Source of the DNA: Vitrella brassicaformis CCMP3155
Taxonomy: Eukaryota > Protista > Chromerida
Assembly (NCBI GenBank): GCA_001179505.1
Contig: CDMY01000296.1
Span: forward strand, 1 to 64,000
Direction: 5' to 3'
Length of the DNA: 64,000 nt
Shown: piece after piece, positions 1 through 11,593 of the stretch
Layout: each line of letters opens with the position of its first letter
Numbering within the stretch: position 1 is the stretch's first letter
Program-made: the position numbers and the translations under genes
The notes under the pieces: generated by a model
Databases searched by the model: none
What the model was told of the DNA's origin: nothing
What the model saw: the letters and a program-made list of their open reading frames with translations, nothing else

Positions 1-1470
1 GGCCTCGTCAGCCCCATCGGCCTCTTCATCTAGCGCTTCGCTGCGGCAGTGCTGGTATGCGGATGACTCGTCGGCGCTCGGCAAACTTCACGGCATCCTC
101 GTGTGGTTTCGAGCCCTGCGTCGCATCGGCCTTTCATACGGCTATCACCCGGAGGCCGCCAAGTCCTTCCTCGTCGTCAAACCCGAGCTCAAGCGGATCG
201 CAAGGGAACTCTTCGAGCCTGAGGGGGTGCAGATCGTCACGGGCAAGAGGTTCCTGGGCGGCTACGTGGGCGATGAGGGGGTGAGGGCGGCGTTCCTCTG
301 CGAGAAGGTCGAGAGGTGGGTGCGCGGCGTGCGCGCGCTTACGTCTGCTGCCCGCAACTTCCCACACACGGCCCACGCGGCAATGACGAGGTCTCTGCAG
401 ATGGAATGGGACTACGTCTTTCGTATCGTACTCACCGACGAGTGCGCTCTCAGCCCCCTCCGCGAGGCCATCGCCAAGGAGCTGCTGCCGGCCCTCCTCG
501 GCGGCCCTGTGACGCCGTCCGAGGTCGACCTGATGCTGCTGCTTGTCCGGCATGGCGGCACCGGCATACGTGACCCTCTCGACCGTACCGCAGCCGCCTA
601 CCCTGCTTCCCGCGCGAGCACCAAGGTGGTCTTCAAGTCCGTCCAAGGCAAGGCTCCGTTCCACCCTGGCGACCATCGTGCCACCATCCGCCACGCCCTC
701 ACCCAGAGCAAGCAGCAGCAGGACGTCGCCCACAAGACCAAGAGGGAGGCAGCCCCGCCGCACATCGACCGCCGGCGCCATCGCGTCCTCTCCCGCAGCA
801 CCGAATACAAGACGTCCGGCTGGCTGACCATCCTCCCGTCGACAGACAACAACACTGGTCTTGATGCTGCGGAGTTTCGAGATGCCCTCAACATGCGTTA
901 CGGCCGTCACCCCCCTGGCCTCGCTGCACGCTGCGACCACTGCAACCAGCCCCTCACCGTCGACCATGCGCTGTGCTGCAAGCGGTACGGCCTGGTGATT
1001 CGTCGCCACAACGAGTTGCGGGACACTTTTGCCGAGCTGATTGGGATGGTGTGGGGGGACGCTGATGTGCGTCGGGAGGTGGTGTTGAAGGAGGGAGAGG
1101 AGGGGGAGGGCGGTACGCTTCCAAAAACCGATCGACCAAGTCCATCCTGAAGCAGCACGAGACCGCCAAGAAGAAGAGATACCGCTCGGCCGTCTGCGAC
1201 TCCCGCGTGACCTTCTGCCCTGTGGTGGTGACGTGTGATGGTGTGTGGGGACACGATGCCAACGTGTTCATCGCCCACATGGCTCATGCGCTGTTGGAGA
1301 AGGAGGGGTGGAAGAGTCGGGGGTTCAGTCATGTGTCTGGATGGATTCGCTCTCGCTTGTCTATCGCCCTCGCGCGTGCGACTAGCTTCTGTCTGCGTGG
1401 GGGAGGGAGGGGAGGGTTTGCGGGACTGGTGTGTGCTGATGGGGCGGGGATTGATCCCTCCTCCCCTTGA
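1..1470 (+). mobile_element. Degenerate non-LTR retrotransposon (RLE clade, CRE/NeSL/R2-like), 3' part; begins left of the window
   Basis: The frame of ORF 101..1150 is open from base 2 and contains the RT motif WYADD (53-67), an RT thumb-like region (RHGGTGIRDP), a CCHC knuckle CDHC..DHALC and the RHN motif. A second frame (~1140-1470) encodes KSILKQHETAKKKRY...FCPVVVTCDG...RSRLSIALARATSFCLRG, typical of RLE C-termini. It is intronless, unlike the flanking host genes. Confidence 0.88.
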
Positions 1471-1563
1471 GCCTGTTTGACTCTGCGTGCTGATGGGACT
1501 GTATTTGTATGAGTATCACGGACACACAGACGAGTGTTACGGTTAATGACAGTTTCTCCCGAC

Positions 1564-4500
1564 CTTTGTATAGCCTCTCTGTCGTAGGTGATCCCATCGC
1601 TGGCCTTGATAGGATGCTCCATGACCTCGTGTGTGATGGGGCAGAGGTACTCGTCTGGGGGGTTGTTGCGGTCGACCAGAACTGGGGGCTGGCCGGGGTC
1701 AGTGGGGACCCTCTCGAGCAGCACCTCGACGAACCGCTCGCTGTACTTGGTGTACAGCTTGGTCGTCTCCTCGTCGCAGTCACCGTCCAGACGGTTCTGT
1801 GCACACATCGGAATAAACACATCAGGGACAGGCAGGCAGGCAGGCGTGTGTGCCTGTGTGCTGTGGGGCGTACCAGTTTGCACAGTTCGTAGATGATGAG
1901 CTGTCCCGCCTGCTCGCGACTGATGCCGTGACGGTCACGCTGCATCACACAGACAGACAACCATCAGAGAGAGCAAGGCACCGCTAATGTGTGTGGTGCT
2001 TCGGCCTGTCGTGCCTTGAGGACTCACTCACCAGAGGCAGGACGCACGCCCGCATCTGTTTGATGCATGGGTAGTCGCGGAAGTTGTCCAACGCAGCTTG
2101 CAACGCACTCTAATCAGCCAATCCAACCCACACGCCGGGAGCCATTCATTCAATAACACCCACAACGACTACCCCCACTGGGTATCCCTTCATTGCCTGC
2201 ACTTCTCCGCTTACCGGCGAGTCGTCCTCGGGGTCGCGGTGGTCCCAACCATTCCGAATCTCCTCCTTGGCCCGCCAAAACGCCTGGGTGACAAACACAA
2301 CAGGCACTCGCACACACGTGGGAAGCCGGTTCTCTCTCCCGTATGCGGATAGGTAGGTAGGCACCTACCTGGTCGTAGCTGTCGACACGGAATGCGGTCT
2401 TGGTGCCCATGCTCTGCGAGGTGTCAAGGCAGACCACGATTGCCTCGTTGACGTCCTGCTCCTCCATCTCGCCCGCCGTCTCTTGGCTCTCCATGAAGGA
2501 CGACACCTGAGACGCCAACCGCTGGGCATCGAACACCTGCTCACTTCCCGTGAGCGGCAGATACATCACACTGTCGCTGCCACACGGCTCCTGACCTGCG
2601 AACACCACACACACAAGGGAGATGCAGTGGATCCTCTCATGTGTCTGCCTTCTCGTTTACCTACCGCGGTAGACGGCTGTGTTGAGTTGAGCGTCGATTG
2701 TGAGTAGCGGGAGCACCCCTGCAGCAAGCCGCTCAGGCCTGACCAGCTGCAGCAACCGACACGCACGCATGTGCCGCGCGTCGGCCACCAGCATGTGCCA
2801 GGGGAAGCGCATCGACCCGCCCGTCTCGGCCGCGTCGAGTAGGTCGTCCTCGTCGGCCTCGGTGTCTGGAGGGACCCAGCAGAGTGCATCGAGGCAGTGT
2901 GTGGGATAGCTGTGCAGCAGGATGGCCATGTGGTTGGAGGGCACGGAGATGGACGATGACGAGCTGGCGGACGATGAGGTGCCGAACAGGGGGCTGTTGC
3001 CCTCTCGCACGCCGTGGCTCGCCATCTTCAACAGCCGCTCGCGAACTGCACAATCGAATGGACAGGGAGGGAGGGAAACGCTTCACACGACTCGATTGTG
3101 CCTTATTGCCCGCCTCCCAGCTCACGCACCGGTCATCTGTGTCTCGTGTATTTCGTCAGCCACGTAGATGGGTTGCTTGATGCGTGTGTGGAGGTAGCAG
3201 CACGTCAGAGGAACGGAGCGGTACGTCTCAGTGGCCGTGTCTGACGTGGTGGCGCGGCCGATGAGGGCCAGCAGCACCACACGCACACTCTCAAACAGTT
3301 TCTCGTCAGGGTGCTGCTCGATCGGCGCCAAATCACGCAACAACTGCGGGCGGCCATACGCACATCCACATCGCACTTTGTCGTGTGTGGTCTGCTGGTT
3401 CGTTCGCGCTTCCTGCCAGGCTGTGTGTGTGTGTACCTTGTAAAGCGTCCGTGCTACGAGTGCCTTGTCTGCGGCAGTCATCTGCTTGGCGTGATGCTTG
3501 GCCATCAGGATGAGACGCATCGCATAGACGGCAGGGGGGAAACCAACCACCGCACGCAAATGACCTGTATGCCGGAAATGAAGGAGGCAAAGGAAGGACC
3601 AATGGTCTCACTGACACCCTNNNNNNNNNNNNNNNNNNNNNNNNNNNNNNNNNNNNNNNNNNNNNNNNNNNNNNNNNNNNNNNNNNNNNNNNNNNNNNNN
3701 NNNNNNNNNNNNNNNNNNNNNNNNNNNNNNNNNNNNNNNNNNNNNNNNNNNNNNNNNNNNNNNNNNNNNNNNNNNNNNNNNNNNNNNNNNNNNNNNNNNN
3801 NNNNNNNNNNNNNNNNNNNNNNNNNNNNNNNNNNNNNNNNNNNNNNNNNNNNNNNNNNNNNNNNNNNNNNNNNNNNNNNNNNNNNNNNNNNNNNNNNNNN
3901 NNNNNNNNNNNNNNNNNNNNCTCCCCCCGCCCAGCCGCCCACCGACCAGTGAGTCTGTTGATGGTGTCGTTGTCGGCCCTCTCCGAGAGGACGTAGAGGC
4001 ACGACAGCAGCGTGCTCACGCCCTTGTCCGTCTGCACCTTCACCACACTCTGATCGCTCACGGGCCACGACCAATCCGACGACGCCGCGAAGATGCGCTG
4101 CACAGACAGGAACACATATACCACATACCCACAACTCATTTGTGATGTCGACTTCTCTCTCTCTCTCTCTCTCTCTCTCTTGGTGACTCACATCAGCAGG
4201 TCCTCCTCCAACCTCCCCCTCTTCGTCTGGGGGCGAGGAGGGCCCACCACCGCTCTCCTCCTCGGCTACTGTGTCATTCTCGTCTCCACACTCATCCTCA
4301 CCACCACCACCACCACCGCCAGCAGCCGCGGCGGCAGTGACAGATGCGGGTGGTCTCTCGAGCTCCAGTGTCGGCCGCAGATTGACGTAGATGTCGACGG
4401 ATGGGGAGGGCGGCGGCACCAAGCTGAACACACCGGGCGAGGGGAGAGAAGACGGACAGCGTGTGCTTCTGTCTGTGGTGTGGTGTGGTTACTCACTTGG

Positions 4501-7280
4501 TGTGTTGTATGAGCTGCTGGACGGTCCATCTGCCGCTGCCATACGGCATCCGGTGGTACGCACTGAAAGCACGCACAGACAGGAGCGGAGGGACTGCCCC
4601 GCGCGTCACACGAAAGGGGCACGGGGAGCATACCTCCAAATGTCGACGATGAATCTGACCTCCTCTATGTCTGCCTGCGTCACATCCAACTCCAACTTGG
4701 TCCCACCGTCAACATCGTTGCGGGCCATCTTTAAAGTATACAGCATACATACACGACACACACGAGAGTCTCGCAGGCAGGCGATGGGGGTGGAGTGCAT
4801 GTGATGTGCATACCGACCTGCATGGCAAGCAGGTCCAGCACGGTGAGGCCCTTGGTGTCTTGCAGCTTCATGGGCGGATGCTCGTCCGTCTCGGGCCACG
4901 ACAGACGCACCTGCTGGGCGAGGATGCCTGACAGACACCACACACAACCACACCACATCCATCCATCAATCAATCATGTGCATATCGAATTAACCGATGC
5001 CCCATGTTTCCCCACTCCCTCCCTCCTCCCTCCATCGTTTTCTCACCCGTGCCTCTGTTGACTTTGTGCACCAGTGTGTCGAGCCGGTGTTCGCTGCTGA
5101 TGACGATCTCCATTCTGTTGGTGCCATTGCCAAGACCGTTGGCGCGGTTCGTGACCCTGACGCCCGCCGGCAGCCGCAGCTGCAGCTGAACGGCCAGCTT
5201 GAAGGCGTGTCGGCGAGCTGAGCACAGGAAACCCGTCACACGGAGCGGCCTGCTGCTGGCGGCCTCGCGCAGCATCTGGACGGAAATGTTGGCCTTCTCG
5301 CGGATCTTGAGACCCTGGCAGGCAGACCAGCATGGATGGGGGAAGCGTTGTGTGTGTGTGTGTGTGTGTGCTGCTCACGACAGGATCATAGCTGCTGTAG
5401 AGCCCCGGGAGCTGTCCGAGAGGAATCGTCAGGGTCCCGACTTGGAGCACACGCAGGCCCCACTGGCTGGCGTCGAACCCCAACGCGTCGGCCAAATCAC
5501 TCGCCAGCTTCCTGAAACGCACCGACACACACACGATGCAAGAGCTAGTAGACCCTTCAGCACTCCCGAATACGAGTCTCACCTTCGGCCTGTTCCGGAG
5601 TCGAGTCTGACTGTGACGCGCTGCCAGTCAGCATCTGAGCGGCCGACGCCACAGAGTGCGGCGGATGGCGCGAACACCTCCAACTCGTACGCCAGGTTGC
5701 TGCTGTTGCTCGATGACGAGGAGCTGCTGCTGCTGCTGGTGCTGGTGCTGGTCTCGGGTACGGTGGGTGTGGTGAACCGCCAGCCGAGCTGACAGGTGGG
5801 GCAAGTACGGTAGCCTGCAGAGATTCATACATGCAACAAGACAACACACACGTCCCCCATGGGGTCGTTGGAGCCATGATTGCATCGACCGTGGAGGGCA
5901 ACCAACCCACCTGTGAGCGGCAGAGTGTGCTGGAAGTGGTTGCACAGGCAGTGCCAGTGGAACACGTGGCTACAGCCCACATTCTTGATCAGCGGGCACG
6001 AGTCCTCCACAGCGAAATGGCCGTCGCCCGGCGCATCCTCACCCCCCACAGTGGCCAGCGTCAGGTCGGGGTCACCTGCCGTGTGTGGCTGTGCCTCGCG
6101 CGAGCGCGCCAGACAAAGCCCCTGAAGTGGCTCGCGACAGAATGCACAGAACCGCTCGTCAAAGTCGTCCGCATCCTCTGCACACAATCAGGTACGTGAC
6201 AACGGATGCGACGTACGTACGCAGATCTGTGTGCCGCCTCGTCCCCCCTGCCCACCCTCTGATCGCGCCAGGAGGTCACAGCTGTTGGGTCTGCATGCGA
6301 TCTTCTTGCCCTCGGTGAACTTGCACGGCCACACACAGTCGCCAGGCGGCCCCAGCTCACACACATTGTTCCGAGTGACGTGTACGGGTGGCTTGGTGGG
6401 CGCTGAGGGGTCGCTGGCAGCCGCAGCAGCGGCAGGAGCGGGCCGCTCCTGCTCGAGGATCTGGGCCTTGAGTGACTCGACAGAAGCCGTCCGGGATGTC
6501 TGCACCGAACTCACACCGTCGAGAGTTGCATAGCGAATGGATACCTGAGGGAACCAAGACCGGAAAGGCCCGCACGTCTTGCCATCTTCCCGATATGGTG
6601 AGATACCCTGTTCCCCCCTCACCGTATCTCCATGTTCCTCCTCTTGCTCCTCCTCTGCAGTGGCCTGGTCGGCCTCGTCATCGACATTCGCCTTGGGCTG
6701 CTTCGGCCTGGGCTCGACCAGCGACTCATCCTCCTCGTCCAGCACACCATCAGCACCCTCCTGCTGCTGCGCCACCTCGAGAGGCCGCTTGACGCCACCC
6801 TGACCATCCTCTGCGCTGCCAACCTCCGCAGCAGCAGCTGCTGCTGGTGCTGGTGCCGGTGCTGGTGGGGAGGGTGGCTGCGCGGGTACGGTGCAGGCGA
6901 CGACAGTGTCGTCATCCTCTATGCCATCCTTGATGAGCAGGTCGTCATCCAAGTAGTCCTCTCCGGCCTTGATGTGAGATGCCGTCAGGTGCTGTGTGTG
7001 GCCGTCCTTCTGCTGCTGGAAAGCGGGATTGGAAGAGATGCTCGCATTCACCTGCACCATGGATGGATAGATGACACCCAGTTGACACACAGAAACACAC
7101 AGATGCACAATCACCATGAAGGTCTGGCGCTCTCCTGGGAGTGCGATTCTTTTTCCCTACCTTGGCTTTGAGGTCTGAAACGGTTGTGTCGTCTTTGACT
7201 GCGACTCGCACTCTGCTGTCGAAGATTTGACCCTGAGGGTCTTGCACTCTCACAGCCAACACGGCCTTGCTGTATACCAT
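1564..7280 (-). CDS. Multi-exon multidomain E3 ubiquitin ligase-like protein (UBL-like domains, RING-H2, VWA-like motif, U-box); 3' end not in window, interrupted by N gap
   Basis: ATG at 7280 (MVYSKAV...VKDDTTVSDLKAK, UBL-like). Spliced RING-H2 CAFC...CSHVFHWHC...CPTC (~6150-5790). VWA-like IVVCLDTSQSM (~2440-2409). U-box PDEYLCPITHEVMEHPIKASDGITYDREAIQ in exon ~1797-1564. GT-AG junctions join the frames where checked. Confidence 0.75.
3621..3920. other. Assembly gap (300 N)
   Basis: Run of N inside the E3 ligase gene. Confidence 1.
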
Positions 7281-7420
7281 CGAGAATGAATGCGATTGAT
7301 TACATCAAATACACATCCAAAGTCAATTCATTGTCGGTCAACGTGAGCCCCGTGAGGTTAACGAACCAACGACAAGTCAGCGATCCGGCTCGCAGAGCGA
7401 ATTTACGAACGCTCAGGGCA

Positions 7421-7958
7421 CTTCTCGAGAAACAGACTCCTTCCATAATGATGCAAACAGGCTCGAGAATGGCCAGGAAGTGAGTGAATGAATGAGTCAA
7501 CGAATGATTGAATGAGTCATTCACTTCTGAGACCTCTTTGCAATGGTGAATGGATGAGTGATTGATGATTGCAAGCTGAACATAGATATGCAATCATTAC
7601 CTCAGCGAAAATGAGCGAGAATGAGCAAAAGTTAACGTTGTACTGTATATCACTGAGTCACCACTTACAGCCAAAACAAGCAACAAGCAACAAGTGTGAC
7701 AATTGTATCTGTCTACTGGGTGATTTCTTGAAGGTCGGAGTGGCAAGCTTAAGGCTCAGGAGAGTAGAATCAGTGCATGCTGCACGCATGTGTTGCTTGG
7801 TTGTCTGCGGCCGTCGGGCGGTTGATTGGTCAGAGAACCACATTGCAGTGACTGCAAGTTGCTGCACTCATGCGTCATCATTCGTATCGTTTCGTCCCCC
7901 CACTTCCTGGCCATTCTGGAGTCTGTTTGAATGAGAAGGAGTCTGTTCCTCGTGAGAA
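7421..7958. repeat. Imperfect ~60-bp inverted repeat arms (7421-7482 and 7901-7958) around a ~420-bp spacer
   Basis: AGAATGGCCAGGAAGTG (7466-7482) is the exact reverse complement of 7901-7917. AACAGACTCCTTC (7431-7443) is the exact reverse complement of 7935-7947. A 9/10 block lies between them. Confidence 0.85.
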
Positions 7959-7998
7959 CGTGTTTCGAGAAACTTGTGAGCCCAAATATGCTATTGCA

Positions 7999-10900
7999 TC
8001 ACGGATTGCATGACTCCATTGAGCAGACCACTGGTGGTGTGCTGCAACAACGTTGTGGTATGTGCACGTGTGTATGTACGTGCACGTGTGTGTATGTACT
8101 GCACAGTCACTTTGCTTGTCTGCGAAGGGTGTCCCACTCCGATGGTGTGAGGGAGGGAGCCGGTCGCGGCGAGACGAAGGCCTGCTTGCCTCTGAGTGCC
8201 TCCTCCCGCATCTTGGCCCGCAGCGTCTGTCTTCCCGCAGATATCGGCCTCGCTTCTGCCTCATCTGCATCTGTCTCGGTGTCGAAAAGTGCGTGTGGAT
8301 GAGGGGGAAGGGTCGGCGGCAGGCTGTACTCACGTCCAGAGCTGGCTGCCCTCAGCGCCTCGAACATACTCCGGTCGGTGGCTCTCAGCGGATCCAGCGT
8401 GGCGCGAAGGGCCGTGTGTGTCGGGCTGTCCCTGTTGCGGCGGAAACCCGCGTAGGAAGACCCCAGCTGCCGTGAAGTGGCGTTTGGCGAAAGGATGGCG
8501 GCTTCCTGGATGGTGGCCTTGTGGCCTGTGCGTGAGAGGGGCGGGGACGAGATGACTGCGGGCTGTGGGGAGAACAGGAAGCAGGAGGGGTCGTTGTGCT
8601 GTATGGGGGTGCAGAAGGAGACGGGCCTGCTGGGCGGACCGCGGCCGAAGTAATTCCTGTACGTACAGTACACATGGCGAGGGGCGAGGCCATAAATCAC
8701 TTTAGTGTATGTGTGTCTCTCTTACTTTGAAGCCATCTGAACCAGATACCTTCGACCTGGTCTGAATTCAATCAATCAGACAGACACACAACTCATGACA
8801 TTTATAAGTGTGGATTTCCATACCCCCTACCACACCACACCTGAGTGACTTGAGGTCTGCGTAGTGTTTGTTGCCGTGTGCTGTGACGTTGATGGTGAGG
8901 ACATCGACAAAGAAAGGCTCTTCGCTGTCGTCTTCACCGTATGCCGTGGAAGCGGCGGTCTCGTCAGCCTCGTCGATCGCCCGGTAGCCGACAGTCGCAA
9001 GGCTGCAACGAAAGCCAGCATCCAGCTGCTGCTGCTGCTGGATGGGTAGCCTCTTTGATTTCAATGGTCTCACCTGACGATGAAGTGGGTTATCTCATAC
9101 ACTTGGGGCAACGCTGAACCCTTCTTCTGTGCAGGCGAGACGTGAATGATGGGTCCATTCGGTTCTCCCTTGTCCTTCTCCCCAATCGCCTTCCACTGCA
9201 CACGACACGCGCCAGCCGTCACATTCGTCACCGTTATGCCCAGCGGAGGAGGTGGAGGTTCCTGAGCAGCACACCACATTACACACCCACAAAATCACAA
9301 ATACAAAGACGCCAGAGACGTCTGTTTCCATCGTTTCACCTGCACAATCGTTCGTGAGGCCTCGAGTATGGATTTCTTAGCTGAGGCCGACAGTTTGCTG
9401 AGCCTGCTCATTTTGCTGCCCTTGCTGCCCTTGGATGTGCCTGAGGACAGCGAGGCCCCCGACCTGGCCGACAAGGCTGACCTCGCAGAAGCGAGGGACT
9501 CGTCGGACGCCCCGCGATGCAGCTTCCTCCGTCCCGAGGACGCAGGCGATGCGTCGCTGCCTTGGCCTGAGGCGGACGATTGGGCTATGCGTGGAGAGAT
9601 GGGGAGCGCCCGGTCGGTGAGGGCGGCGGCGGAGATATCTTCACTGTCGCGGGGCTTGGCCTGAGTGAAAGGGGATATTGCGATGAATTTGCATCGTGTG
9701 ATGGCTAGGTACGTGGACCCACCCTGAATTTCCCCTGTCCGAGCTGCAGCGTCTCCTTCTTCGCGCCAAGCTCTGCACGGCGGAGACACGAGCAGCCATT
9801 GCTGGCTGGTGTGCTATCCTCCCTCCCTTTGTTTCCCTCGCCAACCAAGATCGCCGGGCGCCACGACATATTCATATGGATTGTCGTTGAAATCATACGG
9901 AGCCTTCATCGACCACTCCGCCTTGAAGAAGTACATGACGCAAAACACCAACAGCGCCACGCAGAAGACGCCCAGTGCAGGATACAAATCCCGATTGTCC
10001 CTGCAGCGCAGGCAGGGCGACCGAAGAGAGTCGTGTGTTGCTGTCTGTGGGCTGGCTTACTTCGCTGTCAGTGATATGCCCATTGCCAGGCAGATGATTG
10101 CGCACACACCGATGGCAATGCCGCTACGGAAACGATTCCACCTGCATTCATCGCATCGACAGACGGATTCCATCAAGCTCCAGCATCCATCGCAAGGACG
10201 CACCACCCGACCTGAGCAGTGTGATCTCGAGGAGGAGACACGCATTGCGCACAACATATGTGGGTATCAATTGCCCCGTCACCATAAAGATCAACGTAAA
10301 TACCAACGATGCACCTGCAGTGCACACGTGGAGGGGAGACATGGCAACGCGCAGAAACGTACGACTACCTATCTGTTCCTACCAAAGGCCATTTTCCACA
10401 GCAGCGTCTGCGGCCCCTGGCCCCTGGTGCCTGTCTTACTCATGAATGCCCCGCTCGCAATCAGCAGTGCAAAACACACACAAAAGTAACACCGACGGGC
10501 TCGCAACTTGTACAGCTGGACAAAGGAGACACAACCGACAACCAATGACCGATTCCTTCACACACGGTGTATGCATGTGAATGCTGACCTCTTGCCTCTG
10601 CCATCCCTTTATGACACTCTTGAGCTCTTCAGCGTCCTTGGCCTGCTTGGCGAACTGGCGAAATTCCTCGACTTCAATCGCCCCATTGCCGTCCCTGTCG
10701 ATGCGTTTGAGCAGCCGACGGATCTCGACGGCAGACAGAGACAGACCCAAAGACTGCACCGCGTACTGCAGCTCTACAGGATGGATAGGGGATACGCAGG
10801 AAAGGGAGTGGCAGCTCTTCCATTATGATGGACCTTGGCCGTCGATTGTGCCCGAGTCGTCTGCGTCGAACTGGCTGAAGAGGTGGTTGATGAAGTTCTG

Positions 10901-11418
10901 GGACTTGATAAGGTCGCGCTGTGTCTTGACGAGGCGTTGTAGCTGTTCTCGTGTGGATATCCGGTTGCAGAAGTCAATGAACTCCTCTCTTTCGATTCTG
11001 CCGTTCTGGTCCTTGTCGATTTGTCGCAACAAAACATTTACTTCGTCCAGCTCCATATCGACCTCCAGATACCTGCAGGCATGAGAGACACCAGGAAAGA
11101 AGAAAAGCAACCGCGTATTCTGCCTTTGTTCGAACTGTCTCCCTCTCTCTCTGGGTCTGCGATGACTGACTTGTTGACTGCTTCGTGGAGCTCATTCTCG
11201 TCGATGAAACCATTGTCGTCTTCATCAATCTGGTCGAACATATCGTTGAGGAAGTCACGGTCACGCAATCTGCCAAAACAAGGACAGTGAGGGGGAGGAG
11301 AGGCAGGAAGAGCCCCAGCCCAATGAACTTACTTTCTGGCTGATTGCAAAACCTTGAGCACATTGTAGAGCTTGAAACACCCATACCGCTGTGATGGTGA
11401 CCGAACAAGGAACGCCAT
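7999..11418 (-). CDS. Multi-exon EF-hand + ~4 transmembrane + fibronectin type III protein
   Basis: ATG at 11418 splices into EF loops DEDDNGFIDENE, DKDQNGRIEREE, DADDSGTID and DRDGNGAIEVEE. Four hydrophobic segments follow (~10490-9920), then a Ser-rich linker, FN3-like PPPPLGITVTNVTAGACRVQW (~9260-9190) and a low-complexity tail. The last exon frame is uncertain (stop ~7999 or 7878). Confidence 0.72.
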
Positions 11419-11472
11419 CGTCGCGGACGAATTCGACGACAAAACGGTTGCGCGCTAAGCCTTGGGACTTCA

Positions 11473-11481
11473 AAGCTCGCA
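11473..11481 (+). promoter_or_regulatory. Candidate bidirectional-promoter motif AAGCTCGCA (also at 18143, 22273, 31634, 37512(-), 39471, 61594 and 7386)
   Basis: Exact or near-exact copies recur in the short spacers between divergent start codons. Function is inferred only. Confidence 0.5.
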
Positions 11482-11593
11482 AAAAGGGCGACTGCCTCTC
11501 CTTCCCCCTGCTTGGCTCCCTGGGCTGCTCGCTATACAGGTCCGAGGACTTAGCATAGCGTTGGTTCCAGCGCGCGTGATCGGCGACGCGAGG

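Noticed and set aside
3311-4431. ORFs spanning the N gaps (also 25441..26254)
   Set aside because: Artefacts of translating through N runs.
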